Source: a virus
Taxonomy: Duplodnaviria > Caudoviricetes
DNA: 32,191 bases
IMG/VR virus record: IMGVR_UViG_3300002182_000372
Coordinates: 1 to 32,191 of that record
Strand: one strand, 5' to 3'
The translations under genes and the position numbers were made by a program. Within the stretch, counting starts at the first letter, position 1. Every line of letters starts with the position of its first letter. Positions 8,415 through 15,619 of the stretch are shown piece by piece. The notes under the pieces were generated by a model. The model did no database searches. It was not told where the DNA came from and worked only from the letters and a program-made list of their open reading frames with translations.

Positions 8415-10124
8415 ATGCCAGCACAAAGCGATATAACAAATATTTTTCAGGCGTGCATACCAGCACTGACGACCGACATTGCCCGCGCAAGCAGTGTAAC
8501 AACGTGCAATGCAATTGTACCTTCGCCCACCGATTTGGACGATATGTTCCTGAGTTCGGATGGGAAATATCGCATCATGGGCGCGTTGTTCATGCATCAA
8601 CTTGAATTGAACGCCTGCCAGGCGCAGCAAACCCCGTTGACCAAGTTTCTTTTGGCCAACAAAGTGGACTTGTCGAAACGGATAAGCACCGAAATCATGA
8701 GCAACGGGCTTATTCGCATTCGCCCATACATTTTGGGCCGGCGCAAAGGCCCCATCAACAACAATTACTGGGAGGGGGCAGGTGGGCATGGTGTGCAGGT
8801 TAGCGGCGCCGATTACTGGGACATAAACGTTTCCAGCCGCACAGGCATACCGGTGGACACCCGCTGGTTCAATGTTGGCGAGCGTGTCTGGACTGAGTCT
8901 GTCGGCGACGATGGCAGTTCACTTGTGCGGGCGGCGTGGACAGTTGTTGATTCAACTGTGAATTCCGGCACTCAAACCATCCGGTTGGCTTTGACTGCCG
9001 GGCCTTCCAATTTGCCGGCTTCACGCAAGGTTTCAGTATCGAGTCATACATGGACAAATGGGCCGGTGAACGCCATTGTCTATCGTGGTACAGCCAACGT
9101 ATCCGATTTTGAGAGCTGGTGTGCTCAGCCGCCTGGCTTGATTAGCCACAGCGAGCAACCGTTCTGGGTTGAAACTGTTCGTGATGCTCTGGCGATTGAC
9201 GAGCAATACGAGGAATGGTTGGGGTTGGTTCTGGCCAATAACCCGCTGTATGCGAATTACTTCCATCTGCCTGTAGTCGAGTATAACCGGCAGGCTGGTG
9301 AAGATTTCTACAGGCGGTTTGTCAATACCATGTTCTTCAACCAGCCGTTGCCGAATCAGGACATCAACACCGTCAGCAGCCTGCAGCAAATCACCACTGC
9401 GGCAATTGACGGCAGCCGTTGCGTTGGTTACAAGGCCAACTCAATCGGTTGGTATGAGCAATGGTTGCAATGCAAGCGTGTGCGTGATTTCCAAGGGCAA
9501 CGGCTCAGCATACCGAGCTTCCAGAAGATGCTCTATCGGTTGCTGCGTATCCGCAACGATACCGGCAACAAGAGCAACGAGGTTGACGTGTTCATGCCGT
9601 CGAACTATGCGCTCCTGTTCCAGCAGGCCCTCATCAATTACTATGAGGCCAAGAGCAAGAGCCTGCTGCGGATGAACATTGACCTGAGCAGTGGGGAGCA
9701 GAAATCGCCGTTTGGCTTCACGTTCAAACGGTTCTATCTGGATTACCCGAACTGTTACCTCAACATCATCACCGACAGGTTCTTTGACGATTATCGGGAT
9801 GAATGCGAGGCCCGCGCCGCGGCGACCGGCAACGCGGCTTGGAAAAACTTCGGCAACAGGATTTGGATTATTGACTGGAGCAAGAATTACACCGGCATTC
9901 TGGGCAGCAACAGAGTTGTCCACAAGACCGGTGATTTGCAAACGCTTGCTGCGGTTGATAATTCATATCGCTGCGTGATGCGTGTCCCGACCAAGACAAC
10001 GACTTTGATGTCCACAACGCACACGCAAATAGCCGAGTGCCCGGCTGGCGATTGGATTGGCGAGAATATTGCCGACGAAGTACCTGACCACACTCAGGAA
10101 GCCGGCGATTACGACGACAACTAA
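8415..10124 (+). CDS. Major capsid protein, large, with probable beta-rich insertion domain
   Basis: 569 aa after the scaffold with its own RBS. QTPLTKFL segment, a beta-rich insert at about aa 115-225, and late motifs VDVFMP, FGFTFKRF, LNIITDRFFD and IWIIDW consistent with an HK97-type fold. Mainly positional. Confidence 0.75.
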   Translation: MPAQSDITNIFQACIPALTTDIARASSVTTCNAIVPSPTDLDDMFLSSDGKYRIMGALFMHQLELNACQAQQTPLTKFLLANKVDLSKRISTEIMSNGLIRIRPYILGRRKGPINNNYWEGAGGHGVQVSGADYWDINVSSRTGIPVDTRWFNVGERVWTESVGDDGSSLVRAAWTVVDSTVNSGTQTIRLALTAGPSNLPASRKVSVSSHTWTNGPVNAIVYRGTANVSDFESWCAQPPGLISHSEQPFWVETVRDALAIDEQYEEWLGLVLANNPLYANYFHLPVVEYNRQAGEDFYRRFVNTMFFNQPLPNQDINTVSSLQQITTAAIDGSRCVGYKANSIGWYEQWLQCKRVRDFQGQRLSIPSFQKMLYRLLRIRNDTGNKSNEVDVFMPSNYALLFQQALINYYEAKSKSLLRMNIDLSSGEQKSPFGFTFKRFYLDYPNCYLNIITDRFFDDYRDECEARAAATGNAAWKNFGNRIWIIDWSKNYTGILGSNRVVHKTGDLQTLAAVDNSYRCVMRVPTKTTTLMSTTHTQIAECPAGDWIGENIADEVPDHTQEAGDYDDN

Positions 10125-10144
10125 TCAATTTAACGGAGGATGAA

Positions 10145-10627
10145 ATGAAGAAAATCGCAATTGCAATTGGATTGGCTGCCAGCGTACTGATTTTGTGCGC
10201 TGCTACTTGGACGGGGCCTAGTATTTCTGTACCTGGCCCCGACAACTATGGTTACAAGAACTTTGGCAGCGCCTATCTGCCAAGCTCAGTTGGGGCGAGC
10301 CAGCAATCAAATGTTGTTGGTGCTGCATTTGCGGCGCCACGAAGCAGCCCGCTGGGGGTGGTGTGCCGGTTGAAGATGGCCGCAGCGACCAATGTAAGCT
10401 TGACGCTCAAGTTTGATGTGTCAGCAGACAATGTTTACTGGACGTCGAACCAGCCAATCAGCCTAGCGGTTTCTACAAGCGACAAGACAACCAATGTCCA
10501 GAACCTTTTCGCCACGCTGCCATTTACTAATTTCGGTGGGGCCAAGTATTTGGCTTTGACCGCCATTTCAAACGCGAGCGGGGCGACAGTCTATCCGTCC
10601 AATGTTTGCGTTGGCTACTGGCCTTAA
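10145..10627 (+). CDS. Capsid decoration-like beta protein with signal-peptide-like N-terminus
   Basis: Strong GGAGG RBS, directly after the capsid gene. MKKIAIAIGLAASVLILCAA then a beta-sandwich-like body (LTLKFDVSADNVYW, AKYLALTAISN). Confidence 0.55.
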   Translation: MKKIAIAIGLAASVLILCAATWTGPSISVPGPDNYGYKNFGSAYLPSSVGASQQSNVVGAAFAAPRSSPLGVVCRLKMAAATNVSLTLKFDVSADNVYWTSNQPISLAVSTSDKTTNVQNLFATLPFTNFGGAKYLALTAISNASGATVYPSNVCVGYWP

Positions 10628-10656
10628 GAGCTAAACCTGAAACACAAAGGTTTGAT

Positions 10657-11130
10657 ATGCGATACTTTAAAAAATCGAATATCAAAACAACCATATTTCA
10701 TGAAGGCAATCAAATTGTCTTTACCCCAATACCTGATGAATACGGGATACTCGAACTGGCCGATGACGCGCCTGAACTGAAAACGATTGAGATTTGCTTG
10801 AAACGTCATATTGGCGGCGTTGTCGAGATTTCAAAAGAAATCTACGATGAATTGAAAAAAAAACAACTGACAAGCCCGCCCAGCCAATCAATCCCGCAAT
10901 TGCGAATAGTGGATTTAAGTCCGCATTGGGGGCCACCGCCAAAACCGCAACCGCCGCAACAACAAGTGATGTTATCCCCTGCCCAGCCTGCGGTGGCACA
11001 GGCAAGTGCAGAAGCGGCTGTGGTAAAGGCCGCCCCTGCAACCTCTGCGGGGGTACTGGCTGGCGAAGGCGGTGAGCCAATCAGCCGCGGCGTAAAAGTC
11101 AAAGTTGGCCGGCCTAAAAAGGCCACATAA
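10657..11130 (+). CDS. Hypothetical protein, frame-0 product with P/Q/A-rich tail ending GRPKK
   Basis: Start revised to ATG 10657. About 69-aa globular part, A9 run at 10855-10863, low-complexity tail, AT-hook-like KVGRPKK end. Confidence 0.65.
   Translation: MRYFKKSNIKTTIFHEGNQIVFTPIPDEYGILELADDAPELKTIEICLKRHIGGVVEISKEIYDELKKKQLTSPPSQSIPQLRIVDLSPHWGPPPKPQPPQQQVMLSPAQPAVAQASAEAAVVKAAPATSAGVLAGEGGEPISRGVKVKVGRPKKAT
10863..11075 (+). CDS. -1 frame extension of the 10657 gene with a DnaJ-type CxxCxGxG zinc finger (putative frameshift product, about 139 aa in total)
   Basis: The -1 frame reads TTDKPAQPINPAIANSGFKSALGATAKTATAATTSDVIPCPACGGTGKCRSGCGKGRPCNLCGGTGWRRR-stop. It opens after TGA 10848-10850 and contains no ATG. 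Confidence 0.6.
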   Translation, partial: TTDKPAQPINPAIANSGFKSALGATAKTATAATTSDVIPCPACGGTGKCRSGCGKGRPCNLCGGTGWRRR

Positions 11131-11137
11131 TAAAATG

Positions 11138-11182
11138 TTGACGTGGCTTGCCGCCTGAGTAAAGTTAGGCAAGGCAGTTTTT
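11138..11182 (+). promoter_or_regulatory. Promoter-like element overlapping a terminator-like hairpin
   Basis: TTGACG (11138-11143), 16 bp, TAAAGT (11160-11165). Imperfect hairpin TGCC-GCCTGA...TTAGGC-AA-GGCA followed by a T5 run. Confidence 0.35.
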
Positions 11183-11192
11183 GGAGATAGCC

Positions 11193-13115
11193 ATGTCAAC
11201 AATATTTGCTGATTTAAGGAAGGCAGTAATTGCCAAGGCCTTCCCCGACGGGGAAGCGGAAAACCTCACCAAACAGCACCGCGACGATTTGGTTGCCGGC
11301 TTGATTGATATTCAACAATTCGATTCCTTTTATCAGCAGCGGCATATTGATGTTTTCCCATTCTGTTCAACCTTGTTTTATTGCGGGGCCACTGTTCTGG
11401 AAAAGCCGCGCGGCAAGGTGATTCGCATTTATACTCTGCCAGAAGAAACGGATTGTTGCCCCGTGGTTTATGAATGGGAAGATAATTCGCATATATTTTG
11501 GGACTGGCTTGATGCCAGCCGGCCATTGTGGAAAAAGATTGTTCAGCCGGGTGCCCCCCCATTGCCGATGGGATTTCATCATGCCGACCCAATAACTGAC
11601 AAAGGCTGCCGGTATAATTGGGGCCGGTACTGCCTTGATTCAGATTACATTTTCATCGGGCATAGAATTGAATCAACCGAGCGCGTTGTAATTGAGTGGT
11701 CAGGGATTAAGCGGCGGTTTGCAGACAACGACATCATCAAACTTTCATCCATCCACGATGAACAAAACGATAAAGATGAAGGCGTTGAATTGGTTGATGT
11801 GTTGGCTGTTTATGTAAAAGCGCAGCATTTGATGCTTTATGAGGACGACATGCAGGCCGGCGCGGCGATGATGCAGCTTTATACCAAGAAACGGGCGGAT
11901 TTGATTTATCGCCATAAGATGGAGATGCGGCCTGAGGCGCGGCCTGTTTATGTAAATTTCAAGCCGCGGCCAAATGTTTTCGGCATATTCCCGCCAGGCT
12001 CAGACTACGAAGTTTGCAGAACTGCGCCGCAGGTGAAGACTGATGCAACGTGGACGTATGCCTTTGTGGCCGACATAGATGGCGAAAAGGAAGAGGCAGC
12101 AAGTGTGGCTAACCTGATTGCGGGCTGGGGGCCGGCCTTTGTGATTGGTGGCGGTGATATTTGGAATAACAAGGGCGACAGCACAAAAACGCAATTGGAT
12201 ATAACCTTTGGCCGGCTTTACCGGATGTTTCTTTATCCCTACCGCGGTTCCGCCGGCCCGCAGGTTGCCCAATACCAACGGTTTTATTCTGCAATCGGCA
12301 ATCATGACCGTGACCCGGCTGTTCGTTTTGATTTGGTGCGCGAATTTCTCAACATGCCGCCATCTACAATCGGCGGTATAAGCCAGCCCAACAAGGGGTA
12401 CTACGATATTTTGCTTGGCAATGTGCATTGGTTTTTCATTGATTCAGGTTTCATGAATGATGGTAGTACGATTGCCCAGGAGGATGGGATTACAGAGACA
12501 AGCCCCCAGGGTAGGTACATGCTGGATTTGATACGCAAGAGCAATGCTCCTTGGAAAATTGTCGTGCTACATCATCCGCCATACGCAAGCATCGGCGACG
12601 GGCATAATGACGATTACGCGGCGTTGCGTTGGGATTTCAAGGGGGCTGGCGTCAATCTGGTTCTGAGCGGGCACAAACATTGGTACGAACGCTGTGTTAT
12701 AGATGGATTGCCTTATTTGGTTTGTGGGTTGGGGGGTGCCCCCATACTTTCACCAAGCGAATCAGAACTCGCTACAGGCAGCCAGGTACGCTACAACGCA
12801 AAACATGGGGCCCTTTTGATTGCCGCCACGGCCACACAACTTCGTGTTTTCTTTCTGAACATAGATTCAGAACTGATTGACGGCATACAATTTGACAAGG
12901 AAGCCTGCACTTGGTCTTCTGGCGTGGCGCCTGTTACAGTGAGCCAGGGCGGTTCATTTACGCCACCGGCGCCCAATGCACAGGGGCAAATTTGGATTGG
13001 GACAAATACGTATTTCGACAGTGCTGGGAACTTGTGGATTAAGACACCGGCTGGGTTCAAGAAATTCACCGGAATATCAGTTGACGGCGTAATCGCCCCA
13101 ACATTGACGGATTGA
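11193..13115 (+). CDS. Probable head-tail adaptor-like N-terminal region fused to a calcineurin-like metallophosphoesterase
   Basis: GGAG RBS before ATG 11193. Full metallophosphoesterase motif set: FVADID, GGGDIW, AIGNHD, VVLHHPPY, LSGHKHWYER. The adaptor call for the N-terminal ~270 aa rests on position and a helix-beta-helix layout. Confidence 0.75.
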   Translation: MSTIFADLRKAVIAKAFPDGEAENLTKQHRDDLVAGLIDIQQFDSFYQQRHIDVFPFCSTLFYCGATVLEKPRGKVIRIYTLPEETDCCPVVYEWEDNSHIFWDWLDASRPLWKKIVQPGAPPLPMGFHHADPITDKGCRYNWGRYCLDSDYIFIGHRIESTERVVIEWSGIKRRFADNDIIKLSSIHDEQNDKDEGVELVDVLAVYVKAQHLMLYEDDMQAGAAMMQLYTKKRADLIYRHKMEMRPEARPVYVNFKPRPNVFGIFPPGSDYEVCRTAPQVKTDATWTYAFVADIDGEKEEAASVANLIAGWGPAFVIGGGDIWNNKGDSTKTQLDITFGRLYRMFLYPYRGSAGPQVAQYQRFYSAIGNHDRDPAVRFDLVREFLNMPPSTIGGISQPNKGYYDILLGNVHWFFIDSGFMNDGSTIAQEDGITETSPQGRYMLDLIRKSNAPWKIVVLHHPPYASIGDGHNDDYAALRWDFKGAGVNLVLSGHKHWYERCVIDGLPYLVCGLGGAPILSPSESELATGSQVRYNAKHGALLIAATATQLRVFFLNIDSELIDGIQFDKEACTWSSGVAPVTVSQGGSFTPPAPNAQGQIWIGTNTYFDSAGNLWIKTPAGFKKFTGISVDGVIAPTLTD

Positions 13116-13116
13116 T

Positions 13117-14478
13117 ATGAAAAAACAAATCATCATACTATTGACAATGGGATTGGCTGGTTGCATGGCGTCGGAAACGCTTGTGCCAGTTATGGTAACA
13201 ACCAATGGCGAATTGCGCGCGCCAACCAATTTTTTCAATGCGAATAGCAATCAAATCGCCGCTGCCGCAACAAATTCAACATGGCAATCAATTACAAATT
13301 ACGTGGCCGCCGCGACAAATGGCCTTGCGTCAACCAATTATGTTTCGGACTCAACCAACGCGGTCTGGCAATCTGCAACAAATTACGTGGCCGCCGCGAC
13401 GAATGGCCTTGCAAGTACCAACTACGTTGCGAGCGCAACAAACGCGCTGGCCGGCACATTGACATGGGGCTGGACTTATCACCAGCCGAGAATTTATGAT
13501 ACAGAAATCCTAACGAATTGGTGGATGCGATTAGACGGGGTGGATAATTTGCAGGTTGCATGGACGAATTGGGGGACAGTAAACGGCATGGCCCAAGTCG
13601 GGTTTTTAATTCATGATGATTACGATAGAGTATCACCAATACTCTTGAGATATTTATATGGCGGTCATCCAGAATTGGTTTTTTCAGGTTATGCAGGCCA
13701 GCCCTTGCCAATTAAAATTTCCGATTTTGGTGAAAGCTGGCTTGGGACTGATGCAAATGGCTGGCTGATAAATCGAGGGTGGCCAACAAATATGCCAGCA
13801 GGCCAGCAAATCACAGATTTGCAACTTCAAGGAAACTTCACTTGGGACGGGCAAACGTATTGGGACAAAACTTCAAGTCGCACAAATCTATCATTGTACA
13901 ATTGGGTTTCATTGAGGCCGACGAGTGCTTCAGACTTCTATTATTATATCACGAATGCGGGTGACGCCTTGATTTTGCGGGGCTACGATTCGTTGTTCGA
14001 TGAAACAACCACCTATTTGCAAATTGATTATTCCGGTGGGGACATGTGGTTGCGCGGTTATCCGCACAGCAACGTGCTGGGGAGCGCAGCTTACACCGCC
14101 GCGAATGTGATGACGAATGGGCAACTCTACTCCTCTGTGCGCTATCAACTCACGCAACACAATCCCGACAGCAACGGGACAAATTACATTCTCGATTTTA
14201 ACGGGCCAAGCTCGCGTTCCATTGTTTGCGCGGACAACGTGAATTTTTCGAGCGCGACAAACTTGACAACTGGTTTTGAAATCAGCGTCACTTACACAAT
14301 TTACCCGAATGGGGCAAATCGAACGATTAGCTGGCCAACAAACTGGCAAACGCTTTCGAGCAACACTTTCAATTCGCCGGTCACGCTCACCAACGGACGC
14401 ATTGCGCGGATTGCATTTTCGTTCATCGGCATCAGCAGCAGCGAGACAAACATTTTGGTTGGTGGAGTACAGCAATGA
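13117..14478 (+). CDS. Fibre-like protein with lipoprotein-type signal peptide and TN-rich repeats
   Basis: MKKQIIILLTMGLAGC lipobox; 28-aa tandem repeat; C-terminal domain (YILDFN...NVNFS...NGANRTISWP) resembling a common phage fibre C-terminal beta domain. Confidence 0.6.
   Translation: MKKQIIILLTMGLAGCMASETLVPVMVTTNGELRAPTNFFNANSNQIAAAATNSTWQSITNYVAAATNGLASTNYVSDSTNAVWQSATNYVAAATNGLASTNYVASATNALAGTLTWGWTYHQPRIYDTEILTNWWMRLDGVDNLQVAWTNWGTVNGMAQVGFLIHDDYDRVSPILLRYLYGGHPELVFSGYAGQPLPIKISDFGESWLGTDANGWLINRGWPTNMPAGQQITDLQLQGNFTWDGQTYWDKTSSRTNLSLYNWVSLRPTSASDFYYYITNAGDALILRGYDSLFDETTTYLQIDYSGGDMWLRGYPHSNVLGSAAYTAANVMTNGQLYSSVRYQLTQHNPDSNGTNYILDFNGPSSRSIVCADNVNFSSATNLTTGFEISVTYTIYPNGANRTISWPTNWQTLSSNTFNSPVTLTNGRIARIAFSFIGISSSETNILVGGVQQ
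13282..13449 (+). repeat. Two tandem 84-bp (28-aa) coding repeats
   Basis: WQSITNYVAAATNGLASTNYVSDSTNAV and WQSATNYVAAATNGLASTNYVASATNAL; shared DNA core ACAAATTACGTGGCCGCCGCGAC. Confidence 0.9.
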
Positions 14479-15422
14479 GAACACTGATTTTTCTGGCATT
14501 TTTTGCGTTTTGCATTTGCGCCGGTGCGCAGCCCAACAGCCTGCGCGACCCGGGGTTTCTCTCGCTCATCGGGCGACAGCCGGCGGGCGGTGGAGGCGGC
14601 GGTGGCTGGACAACGAATGCATGGGTGACAAACTGGCTTGCGCGGATTGACGCGACAGCAGGCTCGACGAATAGGCCGAGTAGTAACACCACTTGGGCGG
14701 TGAGCCAATTCTGCGATGAGCTAAGCACGCAGGGGCTGCTTGGCAAAATGCATGTTGTCGCGGTGTTCACTGACAACCTGGCTTGCTCGACAAATCCGGT
14801 AATCACGAATGGATTGGGCGGCCCCTACGGTGCGTTCACGAATGTTGGATTTGTTGCGAGCGATTTAACTGCCAACGGGCTTGTTGGCAACGGCACAAGC
14901 AAGCATTTGCGCACGGGACAAATTCCGTCCCAGTTGTATTCGAGCAGCACAAACGCGGGCGTCACCATTTATGTGTATGATGGCAATGACGGTTCCACGG
15001 AAGATGCCGGTGTTGTTGCGAGCGCATCATCTGTTATGAGCTGCTATGTGTCCTATTCTGGAACCACCTATTGGGACACGTGGAACCAAACAGCAGGGCA
15101 AGGCCGCATCAGCGCGGCCAATAGTGCGTGGGCCGGTTACATTTCGTTCGTTCGGTATTACGGTGGCAGCGCAGTTTATCGCGCAAACTCTGCGACCAAT
15201 CACCAAACGCTTGTGAGCGGCACGGGCAGCGGCGGCACGGTACCAAGCACAATGCCGTTGCCGATTTATTGTGAGAATCATTACTCGCTGGGCCATCGCA
15301 TGTTCACCACGCGGCGCTACTCATTTGTCGCGTTTCATGACAGCCTGAATGCGACTGAAAGCAGCGCTTTTTACAACGCAATCCAAACATTGCGTCAACG
15401 ATTGGGGGGAGGATACCGATGA
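14475..15422 (+). CDS. Lectin-like (ConA/LamG-type) receptor-binding protein with signal peptide
   Basis: MRTLIFLAFFAFCICAGAQ, G7 linker, helical N-domain (AVSQFCDELSTQGL), LVGNGTSKHLRTG, and closing LNATESSAFYNAIQTL helix typical of LamG-like domains. ATGA-coupled to the previous gene. Confidence 0.6.
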   Translation: MRTLIFLAFFAFCICAGAQPNSLRDPGFLSLIGRQPAGGGGGGGWTTNAWVTNWLARIDATAGSTNRPSSNTTWAVSQFCDELSTQGLLGKMHVVAVFTDNLACSTNPVITNGLGGPYGAFTNVGFVASDLTANGLVGNGTSKHLRTGQIPSQLYSSSTNAGVTIYVYDGNDGSTEDAGVVASASSVMSCYVSYSGTTYWDTWNQTAGQGRISAANSAWAGYISFVRYYGGSAVYRANSATNHQTLVSGTGSGGTVPSTMPLPIYCENHYSLGHRMFTTRRYSFVAFHDSLNATESSAFYNAIQTLRQRLGGGYR

Positions 15423-15619
15423 ATGGAGAATGTACATTCGTTTCTTCAAGGCAAGTTCAAGAGCACGTGCGAAGCTTGAACGCAGTGAATTTTAAATTTC
15501 TCATCGCCAAATCCAGGTGCGAGATACCAATTAAATGGTGCACAGGCAACGAAGCTGAATGTAAATTGCCGATTATCAAAATATTGAGCCATGAAACTAA
15601 TTCAACCAGATATACATGA
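15419..15619 (+). CDS. Small Cys-containing hypothetical protein
   Basis: ATGA-coupled to the upstream gene, fills the gap to the next gene, 4 Cys in 66 aa. Confidence 0.5.
   Translation: MNGECTFVSSRQVQEHVRSLNAVNFKFLIAKSRCEIPIKWCTGNEAECKLPIIKILSHETNSTRYT

Noticed and set aside
12050-12900. Calling the phosphoesterase a purple acid phosphatase or anti-CBASS enzyme
   Set aside because: It lacks the GDxxY Tyr ligand, and Acb1 is a 2H-fold enzyme; substrate cannot be assigned from motifs.
13282-13449. CRISPR array or DGR template/variable repeat pair
   Set aside because: The repeats are in-frame coding duplications without spacers, differences are not adenine-specific, and there is no reverse transcriptase or cas gene.
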